Source of the DNA: an uncultured Ignavibacteria bacterium
GTDB lineage: Bacteria > Zixibacteria > MSB-5A5 > CAIYYT01
DNA: 64,000 bases
Assembly (NCBI GenBank): GCA_964576925.1
Contig: CAZNWJ010000010.1
Span: 69,736 to 133,735 of the forward strand
Reading direction: 5' to 3'
This document shows positions 52,314 to 62,576 of the stretch, in pieces; the first letter of the stretch is position 1; each line of letters opens with the position of its first letter. Below the pieces are notes generated by a model that was not told where the DNA came from, made no database searches, and was given only the letters and a program-made list of their open reading frames with translations. Both the position numbers and the translations under genes were made by a program.

Positions 52314-53516
52314 CTACCCCTCCCACTTCGGCGGCAAACACCTCACCTCATGATCGGTGCGGAAGCCCAAATAGTAGTCCGCCTGCATCAACTTGTGTAT
52401 CTCCCGCGTGCCCTCGTAAATCGCCGCGCCCTTCGAGTTGCGGAAGAACCGTTCTACCGGGTACTCGTCTGAGAATCCGTACGCCCCGTGAATCTGCACC
52501 GCATTGTACGCCGCCTTCTCCGCCTGATCGGTGCAGAACCACTTGGCCAGGGAAGTCTCCCGCGTCGAGCGAATCCCTTTGTTACGTAGCCAACCGACCT
52601 TCATCCACAAATGCTGGCCCGCCTCGTAACCGTAGATCATCTCGGCAAACATCTCTTTGACCAATTGGTGCGCCGCGATCGGCTGTTGGAATGTTTTGCG
52701 GGTTAGGGCATAGTCCTTGCAGGCATCCATACACGCCTTGATGAGTCCGGTCGATCCCGCTGCTACGGTGTAACGTCCGCCGTCGAGACAGGACATCGCG
52801 ATCTTGAATCCCTCGCCTTCGAAACCGAGTAGATTTTCCGCCGGCACCTCGACATCCTGCAAAGCGATCCACCCCGTCTTGCCTGCGCGCACGCCGAGTT
52901 TGCCCGTAATCGATCCTGTCGTCACGCCCTTGAAACTACGCTCGACGATAAATGCCGACAGCCCCGTGTGATCGCGCTTCTTCTGCTTGTCAGTGTCGGT
53001 CCAGGCGAAGATCAGGAACATGTCGGCGACTTCGGATAGTGATATCCACATCTTCTCGCCGTTGAGGATGTACTTGCTGCCCGCCTTCTTGGCAGTGGTC
53101 AGAATTCCCACGGCATCAGACCCCGCTGCCGGCTCGGTCAGGCCGAATGTGCCAATCTTCTCGCCCTTCGCCTGCGGGATCAGGTATTTCTCCTTCTGCA
53201 TCTCGCTTCCCCAGGTGAGCAGCGTTAGCGAATTCAAACCGATATGCACCGAGAAGATCACGCGTGCTGAGGTGTCGATATACTCCATCTCCTCGCACAC
53301 CAGGCCGAGCGAGATATAGTCCAGCCCCAAGCCGCCGTATTTCTGCGGAATACATACACCGAGCAATTCCGCATCCTTGAGCCGCTTGAGAAACTCAGGA
53401 TCATTCTTGTTGGCACGATCCAGCTCGGCAATGTGCGGCTTCAGGTACTTGTGCGCCACGTCGCGCGCCATCTGCTGCGCGCTTTTGTGGTCATCGGTCA
53501 ATTCAAAATCAATCAT
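52314..53516 (-). CDS. Acyl-CoA dehydrogenase
   Basis: ACAD N-terminal, middle (…GTFGLTEPAAGSD…) and C-terminal (…QIHGAYGFSDEYPVERFFRNSK…YEGT.EI…) signatures. Confidence 0.85.
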   Translation of the reverse strand: MIDFELTDDHKSAQQMARDVAHKYLKPHIAELDRANKNDPEFLKRLKDAELLGVCIPQKYGGLGLDYISLGLVCEEMEYIDTSARVIFSVHIGLNSLTLLTWGSEMQKEKYLIPQAKGEKIGTFGLTEPAAGSDAVGILTTAKKAGSKYILNGEKMWISLSEVADMFLIFAWTDTDKQKKRDHTGLSAFIVERSFKGVTTGSITGKLGVRAGKTGWIALQDVEVPAENLLGFEGEGFKIAMSCLDGGRYTVAAGSTGLIKACMDACKDYALTRKTFQQPIAAHQLVKEMFAEMIYGYEAGQHLWMKVGWLRNKGIRSTRETSLAKWFCTDQAEKAAYNAVQIHGAYGFSDEYPVERFFRNSKGAAIYEGTREIHKLMQADYYLGFRTDHEVRCLPPKWEG

Positions 53517-53777
53517 GATCTATCTCCATCAAGCTTTCATTTCGCAATCTTTTAATCGGAACTCCCGCTCGCTTTGCCCCAATCTACTTGACCTCGCCAT
53601 CAGGCCCTAAAGGGCGCGCTTTCGATAACGCGCTTCAATCGCAATCTTCTGGCCGGTTCACTCCTGGCGCTGCGCCCAGGTGGGCGCGGCACCGTTTGGG
53701 TTTTTCCCCTCTCCCCTTGGGAGAGGGGGCAGGGGTGAGGGCTCTTCCCAACAAACACATTTCGCCTTGTATAATCA

Positions 53778-54809
53778 ATGATGAATCGCCATCATCGCGC
53801 CATGTTCCGCATTCTCTTCGCCGTACTGATCGGCCTGTCGTCATCTGTCGGAGCTTTCTCGCTCGACTCCGCTTACGTCGCTCAACTCCGCCATGGAATC
53901 TCCCTCACCATGACCGAGCATTTCGACTCAGCCCGCGTCGTCTTCGGCGCGCTCGTGAAGCACGATCCCAACGACTTCGCCGCCCGTCTCTATCTGGCCG
54001 GCGTCGACCACGCCGAGATGCTTGATCGAGAAGAATACGACCGGAAGGACAAATTCAAGAGTGATGCCGAACACGCCATCGAACTAGCCGAGGATGCCCT
54101 CAAGCGCGGCCACGATTCCGCCTGGGCGTATCTGACTATCGGCAACGCCCATGCCTATATCGCTTCGCTCGAAGCCAAGGACGGCAGTTGGTGGACGGCG
54201 ATGCGCCGTGGCCTGAAAGCCAAAGGCGCCTATCTCGATGCGCTCAAAGTCGACCCGAATATGTATGATGCCTACCTCGGACTCGGTACCTATCACTACT
54301 GGAAATCCGCCAAGACGGAGTTCATCAACTGGCTGCCGCTCGTGGGTGACCGCAAGGATGACGGCGTTGAAGAACTGCACCTTGCTGTCGACTCGTCGCT
54401 CTTCTCCAGTGACCTCGCGCTCAATTCACTGGTCTGGATTCATCTCGATCGCGAACAGCCTGACCAGGCACTGGTCTGCGCACAGCGGCTCTCTGTCAAG
54501 TATCCGAGCAGCCGCCTGGTGCGTTGGGGGCTGGCCTTTTCCAACTATTCCGCAGGACGCTTTCATGAAGCGCTCGACCACTTCGGCGCAATCATTGCCT
54601 CGCTCGAAGCCGATTCCACGCAGAACTACTTCAACCTGATTGAGTGTCGCTTCCACCGCGCCGAGATATATGAACGGGTAGGGCAACCAAACGTGGCCCG
54701 GGATGAATATCAGCGCATGGTCGAATACCCGGCAAGTGATGAGGACAAGTCAAGACAATCCAAGAAGCTCTCACACGCCCGAAAGGCGACCAAAAAGTCC
54801 CTGCGCTGA
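53778..54809 (+). CDS. Tetratricopeptide-repeat protein with signal peptide
   Basis: Signal peptide; several TPR-like helical hairpins (…AYLGLGTYHYWKS…). Confidence 0.65.
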   Translation: MMNRHHRAMFRILFAVLIGLSSSVGAFSLDSAYVAQLRHGISLTMTEHFDSARVVFGALVKHDPNDFAARLYLAGVDHAEMLDREEYDRKDKFKSDAEHAIELAEDALKRGHDSAWAYLTIGNAHAYIASLEAKDGSWWTAMRRGLKAKGAYLDALKVDPNMYDAYLGLGTYHYWKSAKTEFINWLPLVGDRKDDGVEELHLAVDSSLFSSDLALNSLVWIHLDREQPDQALVCAQRLSVKYPSSRLVRWGLAFSNYSAGRFHEALDHFGAIIASLEADSTQNYFNLIECRFHRAEIYERVGQPNVARDEYQRMVEYPASDEDKSRQSKKLSHARKATKKSLR

Positions 54810-54827
54810 CGCTTGGCCGCGATCGAC

Positions 54828-56189
54828 TTACGCAGCACCGGCCGATGCCAGGCCTTTAGGATCGAGATTTACCACAGCGTCAGAGTTTAACATCCCCAAG
54901 AGCATCCAGAAATAGACCGCCCACGACCCGTGTCCTAAGAATCCATGTGACTCAAAGAATCCGTATGCCAGCGTGCCGAACAACATGGCAATAACCACCG
55001 AATGGACCCGCCGTCGCGTGGATGTCGGGGCATTGCGCCTGCATTTGAATTGCTGCTTGAGCAGGGAGTAATAGAATATACTCAGGATGGTGAAGCCGAC
55101 GACCCCTGTTGACATGAGGACGTAGAGATAGAGATTGTGCGGCGCAAAGCGCGTCTGGGGATCGGCATAAAGCAGATTCTCTACGAAGTCGTTCCACATG
55201 ATGCGACCCGCCACTGCCTCCTTGGGAACATTGAATCCCACGCCGAAGAGCGGATTGTCAGCGAACGCTCGCAGCCCTTTTTCCCAAAGGATCGTGCGGT
55301 GTGTCGTCCCGCCTTGCAGCCGCAGCGCCGTTACGCCCGTTTCTCTCAAGCTGGGAACTGCTATGACAATGATCAAAGCCACCACGCAGGTCCCTAGGAG
55401 AATGGCCAGTATCCTTCGCTGGCGCTCGAGCGTCAGGTAGGTTACGACCTGCACGAAGACAGCCAGATAGCCGGCTCGCGACCAGCTCAGCATCAGGGCA
55501 AGGGTGCCGAACAGAAGACAGACGAGAAAAGCGGCACGGGCAAAGCGCGAACGGACTACGATACTACCGATTGCCACCGCCGGCAGCGTGAAGGCCATGA
55601 AGACCCCGAGCATGTTTGCATTCTGAAACATGCCGCGAACGCGAATCAAACCCTCCGTGATCAGTTGGTTGTAGCTTGCTACGCTAGCGGTCAATACGGC
55701 TAACGCAAATGCCGCGAGAAGAATCAGAAACTGTGTACGCGTTGTGCAGAGACGACGGACGACGTAGTATGCCGGTATCATCGTCGCGAGGCGCGCAACC
55801 TCGCTGAGACTTCCGCCCGGCGCGATTGCCAACAGGCTGCAGACCATCGACCAGGCCAGAAACAGTGCAAAAAGCGCTTCGTGCCGATCGAGTGCCAAAA
55901 AACGAAACTGCATTCTGCCCAGCACGCGCGGCACAGCCAGCACAAAGAAAGTGATGACGATACCCCACTTGGCGTAGCGGATGAGTTCGTTGCTGAGTCC
56001 CGGAACCTCGCTGACGTGAGAGGTTAAGATCATGATCAAGGGGAGTCCGACCGCCGAAAGCATGGCAAATACGACAACACTGCTGACCGCCACAAAGGCT
56101 GCCGTCGCTGCCGGGCCCAGCACAGCCAGCAGTGACAGAAGCGTTCCATCCAGGACACCGAGTCCGATTTTGAGCCCGCGTGAATTCAT
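54828..56189 (-). CDS. O-antigen ligase/polymerase-like polytopic membrane protein (Wzy_C-type)
   Basis: ≥10 TM helices with a large periplasmic loop; context with Wzz-like and GT9 genes; family assignment tentative. Confidence 0.5.
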   Translation of the reverse strand: MNSRGLKIGLGVLDGTLLSLLAVLGPAATAAFVAVSSVVVFAMLSAVGLPLIMILTSHVSEVPGLSNELIRYAKWGIVITFFVLAVPRVLGRMQFRFLALDRHEALFALFLAWSMVCSLLAIAPGGSLSEVARLATMIPAYYVVRRLCTTRTQFLILLAAFALAVLTASVASYNQLITEGLIRVRGMFQNANMLGVFMAFTLPAVAIGSIVVRSRFARAAFLVCLLFGTLALMLSWSRAGYLAVFVQVVTYLTLERQRRILAILLGTCVVALIIVIAVPSLRETGVTALRLQGGTTHRTILWEKGLRAFADNPLFGVGFNVPKEAVAGRIMWNDFVENLLYADPQTRFAPHNLYLYVLMSTGVVGFTILSIFYYSLLKQQFKCRRNAPTSTRRRVHSVVIAMLFGTLAYGFFESHGFLGHGSWAVYFWMLLGMLNSDAVVNLDPKGLASAGAA

Positions 56190-56203
56190 GAGGCTCCCAA
56201 CGG

Positions 56204-57388
56204 CTATCCGAGAGGTCTCTTTCGCAAGTCACGCGCGATAACCTGCAGACGGTTCCAGATGTCCAGATTCTGTCTCGTCGGTCGCTGCAACTGCTCGCGG
56301 ACGAGAAACACGGTGCTCGTCAGTAGCAGCGTCAGAAAGAACGCCGCGATCACGATCATACGCTTGCTCGGCTTGACGGCCTTTGACGGCGGTCGAGCGG
56401 CGTCAAGCCGGACAATCGTTGGTGTGTCGCGCTGTTCCTGCAAACGCGACATCTCCAGCTGTTGCGAGAGCAGCTCGTAGGTCATCTCGAGAATCTTGAT
56501 ATCGCGCTTGTAAAGGGCAAACTGCAGCGACAACTCGGGTACTCGCATAAGCGGCACTTCAAGGGCCGAGATGATTGAATCGGCTCGGTTGCCGGCTCCT
56601 GATTCCAGCTCGTGAAGCTTGCCGCGAACCTCCCGCACCAGTTGCGCTTGTCTCACCACCTCCGGGTGGCTGGGGTCCAGCGAACTTTTAAGCATCTGCA
56701 GTTGAATCTCGGCGGTCGTCAATATCGACTTCTGCGTGGCGAGGATCTCAATCAAGGCCTCAGATTGCCGCTCGAGCGCAACGGCACCGTTCGTCTCCTG
56801 GAAGGCAACCAGGGTTCCTGTGGCTGCCGCCAACGAACTATCGACTTCGGCTAGACGCCGTTCCAGGAAACTGCTGAACTCGTGACCCTTGCGGTTTTGC
56901 ATCTTTCGATTCGTCGTATCAAGCAATGAGACCAACAGATTCGCGATCTCGGCGGCGCGAAATCTGTCTCCCGCATCTGCCTCGACCACGATGATTCCAT
57001 CACGCTCCACCTTGATGTTGAGGTTATCCTTCAGAATCGCCACTGCCGCGGCAGTATCTTCAACATCATACTCTGTCATCAGATCCAGAGAGTCAACCAC
57101 CGCCAACAAAACTGTCTCGGACTGCATGATCGAGGCATAGAGATCGGAGGGCGTCGCCATCAACGGTAGCGCAAAATTCGTGACGGCAAGAGCGACATGC
57201 CCCATCGACAGTCCCATCAAACCGCCGAGTGGGGATTCCGATTCAGGCGGCAAAATCGTAGCCTTGGCCCGGTACGTCCGCGGCACGACAAAACTCACCA
57301 CTACCGCTAGTACCGTGACAACGACGGTGTTGACGATGATTGTCCGCCGATGTCTGGTCAGAGTTTCAATGGCTTCCATGATCCACAT
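56204..57388 (-). CDS. Polysaccharide chain-length determinant (Wzz/GumC-like, no kinase domain)
   Basis: N-terminal TM (…VVVSFVVPRTYRAKATILPP…), long coiled-coil periplasmic region, C-terminal TM. Confidence 0.6.
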   Translation of the reverse strand: MWIMEAIETLTRHRRTIIVNTVVVTVLAVVVSFVVPRTYRAKATILPPESESPLGGLMGLSMGHVALAVTNFALPLMATPSDLYASIMQSETVLLAVVDSLDLMTEYDVEDTAAAVAILKDNLNIKVERDGIIVVEADAGDRFRAAEIANLLVSLLDTTNRKMQNRKGHEFSSFLERRLAEVDSSLAAATGTLVAFQETNGAVALERQSEALIEILATQKSILTTAEIQLQMLKSSLDPSHPEVVRQAQLVREVRGKLHELESGAGNRADSIISALEVPLMRVPELSLQFALYKRDIKILEMTYELLSQQLEMSRLQEQRDTPTIVRLDAARPPSKAVKPSKRMIVIAAFFLTLLLTSTVFLVREQLQRPTRQNLDIWNRLQVIARDLRKRPLG

Positions 57389-57441
57389 CTATGGCTCTCC
57401 CTGGCTGACGAATTCTTCGCGTAGCGCCGAAATCGCCGTAA

Positions 57442-58707
57442 TCACCTCTCCGGTGTCCCCGAATCACTCTTGGATTCGCCCGGCAGAATATACAGAGTTC
57501 TTAAACTACTTCCACCAAATACATCCAGCATGATCGCCACGACCTGCTCCGGTCGCAGTTCCCGGAGCGGAGCGGCATTCTTGCACGCCCGTCCCGCCAG
57601 GTAGCAGCAATAGAGCTTGTTCGCCGCCGGCGTACACGGCGCGTTGGTGCGAATCGCCGCGTGGCGAGACGAGAGCCGGGCGATCTTGAGGGGATTGGTC
57701 GGACCAAACAGGATGACAGAGGGGACCTCGTACAGCCGCGCCATGTGCCCGCCGACCGAATCGACGCCGAAATGGAACCGGGCTTTCGCAACGATCGCCA
57801 GTGTCTCCGCGAGTGACAGATTGCCGACAAAGTCAATCACCGGCAACGGCAGGTGTTCGACCAGTGATGACAACCTTGCTCGATCAGCCGCGCTGCCAAT
57901 GAGCACCGGCGTCAGCCCGGTGCGGCGCGCGAAAGTGGTTACGGTCTCCGCAAGCGCGGCGTCGTCCCAATCTTTGGCTTGCCAACCGGCGTAGGGTTGG
58001 ACCGTGAAGTACCCCTCCTTCAATGCTCGCAAACTCGGCTCGATCGTGGTTGCACTGTCAAGATGGTGCTCTAACGAACGAAGATTGTTCGCACTGAAGT
58101 CCTCCTCGTTGAACGCCTCCAGCCCGCACGCGCGAATGAGCTTTAGACGCCGCGAGAGCAGTTCATCGTTGAACCGGCAATGTGCAGCGCGGTGGTAGAG
58201 GAAGCCGTAGCCATGCGTCGTGTTGCCGATGCGGCGCTTGATCCCTGCTCGCCAACACGTCAAGGCCGAAAGCGCCGTCGATGTGTCGTCAACGGCAAGA
58301 TCATAGGCATTCTCGCGCAATTGCGCCGCAAAATCCGCCAGCCGCTGCGATCGCAGCACTGCCGCTATGGTCTCCCGAACAGTCCGCGGCGCTTCCGGCA
58401 GACTCAGCACATTCCGAACGGCTAAATGCAAGCCCGCAAGCTCCCTCGATTCCGGAGTCGCCCAGACATCGATTGCCGCCTCGGGAAAACGCCGATGCAG
58501 AGCGGCGATCGCCGGGAAGTTCAGCAGCAAATCACCGCGGTAGGCAAGACAGACGTAGAGTATTTTCGTAACCGCCGGCGTACGTTTGCTCCGCAGCCAA
58601 AACTCAGCGCTGACGAAGGGGCGTACCGCGATCAGTCCCGCCGCGTTTATGGCCCACTTTATGCTGCGAACGCAATAGCCTCGACAGTTTGCCAGGAAGC
58701 GTCTCAT
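57442..58707 (-). CDS. Glycosyltransferase family 9 (LPS heptosyltransferase-like)
   Basis: …KILYVCLAYRGDLLLNFPAIAAL…; C-terminal GT-B nucleotide-binding half (…VIDFVGNLSLAETLAIVAKARF…GVDSVGGHMA…). Start uncertain (N-terminal extension). Confidence 0.75.
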   Translation of the reverse strand: MRRFLANCRGYCVRSIKWAINAAGLIAVRPFVSAEFWLRSKRTPAVTKILYVCLAYRGDLLLNFPAIAALHRRFPEAAIDVWATPESRELAGLHLAVRNVLSLPEAPRTVRETIAAVLRSQRLADFAAQLRENAYDLAVDDTSTALSALTCWRAGIKRRIGNTTHGYGFLYHRAAHCRFNDELLSRRLKLIRACGLEAFNEEDFSANNLRSLEHHLDSATTIEPSLRALKEGYFTVQPYAGWQAKDWDDAALAETVTTFARRTGLTPVLIGSAADRARLSSLVEHLPLPVIDFVGNLSLAETLAIVAKARFHFGVDSVGGHMARLYEVPSVILFGPTNPLKIARLSSRHAAIRTNAPCTPAANKLYCCYLAGRACKNAAPLRELRPEQVVAIMLDVFGGSSLRTLYILPGESKSDSGTPER

Positions 58708-58902
58708 GAGGCGCTCAAGATATCGAACTGGGTCCGGATATCAAGCGGTCAATCGCCTGCAGCCGCGAAGGACCAAACCGCAAGTAAATGAGGTTGACTT
58801 GAATTCTGCGATGAGGTAATTTTGCTATGTGTCTCCGCCGCTGGGCCAGACCAAACTGACCTGGCCGCGGCTGGCAGCCACCGCATCGTATCTGGAGGAC
58901 TG

Positions 58903-59247
58903 ATGAAAGTTGCTGTAACCGAGAAAAATGGAATAAGCATCGTTTCGGTGTCGGGAAAAATGATGGGCGGCCCGGATACGGGCGAGCTCGACGAAAAGCT
59001 CTATTCACTGCTCGCCAAGGGCAACAAGAACGCCGTCGTCGATCTGCTCAATTGCGAGTGGATCAACTCGTCCGGCCTCTCGATCCTGATCCACCACTAC
59101 AAGAAATTCAAGGATGCCGGCGGCGAATTGCGCCTCGCTAATCTCACCGACAAGATCGAGCGCATCATGGTGATCTCGCGCCTCACCGAGGTGTTCTCGG
59201 TGCACGACACGCTTGACGAAGCCGTAGCGGCAGCCAAAGGCAAGTAG
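58903..59247 (+). CDS. STAS-domain protein (anti-sigma-factor antagonist-like)
   Basis: GGAGG RBS; SpoIIAA-like fold pattern (…VSGKMMGG…ELDEKL…VVDLLNCEWINSSGLSILI…); conserved Ser in …INSSGL…. Confidence 0.75.
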   Translation: MKVAVTEKNGISIVSVSGKMMGGPDTGELDEKLYSLLAKGNKNAVVDLLNCEWINSSGLSILIHHYKKFKDAGGELRLANLTDKIERIMVISRLTEVFSVHDTLDEAVAAAKGK

Positions 59248-59302
59248 TTCGAACCAGATTGGGGCTGCGGCCCCGGCGCAGCCCGGCTGCGCCGCGCGAA
59301 GG

Positions 59303-61633
59303 GTGGGAATGTCGTCGATGGGTGCTAAGTGGCTTCTCCTAATTAGCTTTTTCTGCCTGTTCCTGACATCCGGAACATACGCATATGATCCACAACTACC
59401 GGCCCTGGCCGATAGCCTCAGATCTCTCTCCCTGGACTTCACCCGTCAGGCGCGCGTTTCTAACCTGACAATTCAGCGTGGCGGCATCGAGATCGTCCTC
59501 GAAGATGGCCTGCTATTGCTTTCGCACCCAGTCGCGGGCAGGGTTCTGGCCGCCGGCTTTATGGGCCAGGGGCGCTTCATCATGACACCGCCCAATCCCG
59601 CGGAAACTTACATGTTCCAGCGCCATTGCTCTGACTCTTCTGCCAATTGGGAATTCAAAGAGATCACGCTGATCTTCACCGATTCAACTGCCGGCGAGTT
59701 TGCATCCCGGCTCGCCTTCGATGCCGATCCTTCGATCAAGTCAGAGCAGCGACAGCTCGCGGCGTTCATTAACCATCTCGAAGACGATTTCGACATGTCG
59801 TTTCCGGCGCTCTTGCTGCGTGACTTGTTTCAGCCGCAACGCCCCGGTCGTTTCTTCGCGCGCGTCAACACTCCTTGCGGCCATTGCGTCTTCATGTACG
59901 CACCCGGCGACGTCGAGGAGATTCAGCTCTACAAGCATGTTACCTCCGCCGCCTACCCCGACATCATCAGCAGCTTTCACTCCGCCGACCAGTATGCCGC
60001 CGGGGCCTGGGGACCCGATCGCGAAGACAAGGACTTGATCGACAGCCTCGATTATAGTATCGACTGCAAAATCTGGCAGTCCGCCAGGTGTGATCTGAAG
60101 GTCGATCTGTCATTTACCTCGAAAGTAGAAGATTTGCGAGTGGTCGATTTCTCGATCTTCCTCGATCTCATGCACGAGACAATCCGTATCACCGATTCGC
60201 GCGGTGATTCGCTCAATTGGCTCAAGCTCGATGACGAGAGCGCCGTCACGGTCGTGCTCACTCGACCGCTGGCGCTTGGCGAACGCGAGTCGCTGCATTT
60301 TGAGTATTCATCGAAAGGCATGCTGCGCAAGACGCCTTGGGGTAACAACGTCCTCGTCTCCTCGACGACCTGGTACCCGCGCTACGGTTACCTTAAGCGC
60401 GCGCGTCACCGTCTGAAGTTTGCGGTCCCGCAGCAATATGAATTTGTCGGCGTCGGCAAAAAGCTGAATGAAACGGTAGTCGATGACTTCAAAGTCACCG
60501 AATGGGATATCTCCGACTATCCGGTCTCGATGGTCTCGTACAACTATGGCGTCTTCGACGTTGATACCGCTTCCATTCTCACTGCCGAGGGCCGTCGCCC
60601 GCTCACGGTCTACCGCAGTAAGTCGCACCGTGCTTCTACCAAGGACATGATGGAAGACGTGATGCGCGATATCGCCGACGCCACCGCCCTCTATTCCGTC
60701 GAGGTAAGGTCTTATCCTTTTGAATCGCTCGCCGTCACCGAAATCCAGTCCGGACACGGCCAGGGACTGCCGGGGCTGCTTCACCTGGCCTACAGCACCT
60801 TTGATCGCAATACGATCAACGCCTTTGACGATGCCTTCCGTGCGCACGAGGTCGCTCACCAGTGGTGGGGGCACCTGGTCGGCTGGAAGACCTATCACGA
60901 CCAGTGGCTCTCTGAGGCATTTGCCGAATACTTCAGTGGTTGGTACATCCAGCGCAAGTACCTGAATGATAAGGAGCATCGCGGCCGCTTCTTCGAACTC
61001 CTCGATCAATGGCGCGACGATGTCTTTCAATCCGGTTCGATTACGGAAAGCGGCTGGTCGACGGACTATCAAGAGGGTAACGATGCTGGCCCGATCTGGA
61101 TGGGCTACCGCCTGCAATCCTCCAGGTCGGCGGATTACTCAACGCTGGTCTACAGCAAAGGGGCTTACGTTCTCTACATGTTGCGGATGATGATGTTCGA
61201 CTTCGTGAAACGCGACGACAGTAAGTTCCGGACAATGCTCGCCGATTTCCTGAATGAGTACCAGTGGAGTGAGGCCACCACCGCCGATTTCCAGCGCGTC
61301 GCCGAGAAGCATTACGGCGCGCCGCTCGACTGGTTCTTCCGGCAGTGGGTCTACGGCACGGACCTCCCAGAGTATGAGTGGCGGGCCTCCGTTCGCCAGC
61401 AGGAGGATGGCAAGTACACCGTCGAAGTTGGCGTAACGACGAAGAATGCCGCCGACGATTTTCGCATGCCGATATCCTTCACGATCCTGATGGAAGGCGA
61501 ATATCACACGACCACGAGACTCGACATCAACCACCCGCGCCAAACCGTGACCATTCCCAATCTCCCGCACAAGCCGGAGAAGTTCGTTTTTAACTCGTTT
61601 AAGTCGGTGCTCTGCAAGGAACACCAGAAATAG
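59303..61633 (+). CDS. Secreted M1-family zinc metallopeptidase (no dockerin)
   Basis: Signal peptide; HEVAHQWWGH-X18-E (…WLSEAFAEY). Confidence 0.8.
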   Translation: MGMSSMGAKWLLLISFFCLFLTSGTYAYDPQLPALADSLRSLSLDFTRQARVSNLTIQRGGIEIVLEDGLLLLSHPVAGRVLAAGFMGQGRFIMTPPNPAETYMFQRHCSDSSANWEFKEITLIFTDSTAGEFASRLAFDADPSIKSEQRQLAAFINHLEDDFDMSFPALLLRDLFQPQRPGRFFARVNTPCGHCVFMYAPGDVEEIQLYKHVTSAAYPDIISSFHSADQYAAGAWGPDREDKDLIDSLDYSIDCKIWQSARCDLKVDLSFTSKVEDLRVVDFSIFLDLMHETIRITDSRGDSLNWLKLDDESAVTVVLTRPLALGERESLHFEYSSKGMLRKTPWGNNVLVSSTTWYPRYGYLKRARHRLKFAVPQQYEFVGVGKKLNETVVDDFKVTEWDISDYPVSMVSYNYGVFDVDTASILTAEGRRPLTVYRSKSHRASTKDMMEDVMRDIADATALYSVEVRSYPFESLAVTEIQSGHGQGLPGLLHLAYSTFDRNTINAFDDAFRAHEVAHQWWGHLVGWKTYHDQWLSEAFAEYFSGWYIQRKYLNDKEHRGRFFELLDQWRDDVFQSGSITESGWSTDYQEGNDAGPIWMGYRLQSSRSADYSTLVYSKGAYVLYMLRMMMFDFVKRDDSKFRTMLADFLNEYQWSEATTADFQRVAEKHYGAPLDWFFRQWVYGTDLPEYEWRASVRQQEDGKYTVEVGVTTKNAADDFRMPISFTILMEGEYHTTTRLDINHPRQTVTIPNLPHKPEKFVFNSFKSVLCKEHQK

Positions 61634-61732
61634 CTGCCACGCTCCCGCCCGCGACACACTCGGCGTCGGCAAAGCAATCTTCCCGCGCGACCGAGCGTTT
61701 CCCTTTTACTCTCTCTGTCAACACCGGCGCCC

Positions 61733-62383
61733 TCACTTCAACAACACCATCTTCCGCGTCGCCGAGAACTCCCCGGCTTGGATTCGATAAAAGTACACTC
61801 CCGACGGCAATCCTCGGCCATCGCTGCTGTTTCCATCCCAATTCAGCGAGTAAGCGCCAGCCGTCATCGTGCCCAGATCATGCTTCTCGATCAACTGCCC
61901 GGCAACATTGATTACTGAGAAACTCACCGCTGCCGCTCGCTCGAGCGCGAAACTTATTGTCGTACTTGGATTGAACGGGTTAGGGAAGTTCTGTCCGACC
62001 GAGAAATCGCGCGGCTGAGCGTCACCGGGCTCGACACTCACGTCGAGACTCTGCACGAAAATCGTCCCTTGCATCGACGGATGGAAATCGCAGTGGAAGG
62101 GAAATGGTCCCGCCCCGTCACTCGCCTTGATCTCGACGTCAAACGGAACCCCGGCCTGCAGCACTCCCGAGTCCCACGATTTGGGCGAGCCGGGATCGCT
62201 GGTCGAAGTGTGCGTGCCGCCGACGCGCACAAAGCGCACGGTGTCGCCATGATTGACGGTAGTATTGACGGGGTTAAAGAAATTGCTGCCGACATTGACC
62301 GTGCGAATCGTCGCCGTCGCCGAAGTCTGCAGGCATGCCGCGCAGAGCGCGACCGCCAGTAATCGATGCATCATCCCTGGCAT
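61733..62383 (-). CDS. Cupredoxin (plastocyanin/azurin-like blue-copper protein) with T9SS-type C-terminal sorting domain
   Basis: Signal peptide; type-1 Cu ligands H…C-D-F-H-P-S-M; C-terminus …NFPNPFNPSTTISFAL…VSFSVINVAGQLI…GAYSLNWDG…LPSGVYFYRIQAGEFSATRKMVLLK matches the Por_Secre_tail consensus. Confidence 0.75.
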   Translation of the reverse strand: MPGMMHRLLAVALCAACLQTSATATIRTVNVGSNFFNPVNTTVNHGDTVRFVRVGGTHTSTSDPGSPKSWDSGVLQAGVPFDVEIKASDGAGPFPFHCDFHPSMQGTIFVQSLDVSVEPGDAQPRDFSVGQNFPNPFNPSTTISFALERAAAVSFSVINVAGQLIEKHDLGTMTAGAYSLNWDGNSSDGRGLPSGVYFYRIQAGEFSATRKMVLLK

Positions 62384-62576
62384 CGCTATGCCTCCTGGTT
62401 TCGAAGATCATTTTCCGGCAGCAGCGGCGGTGGTCACTAACTTGAATACGATATTCGTCGACAAAATCAATCAATAATTTACAACCTGCATTAACCGGCC
62501 GGCGCGGACGATTTTTGTAACTTTCGACGGGGGCGGGCAGTATGTTTACACTCGAATCTCATTTGTAGGTGGAGAC

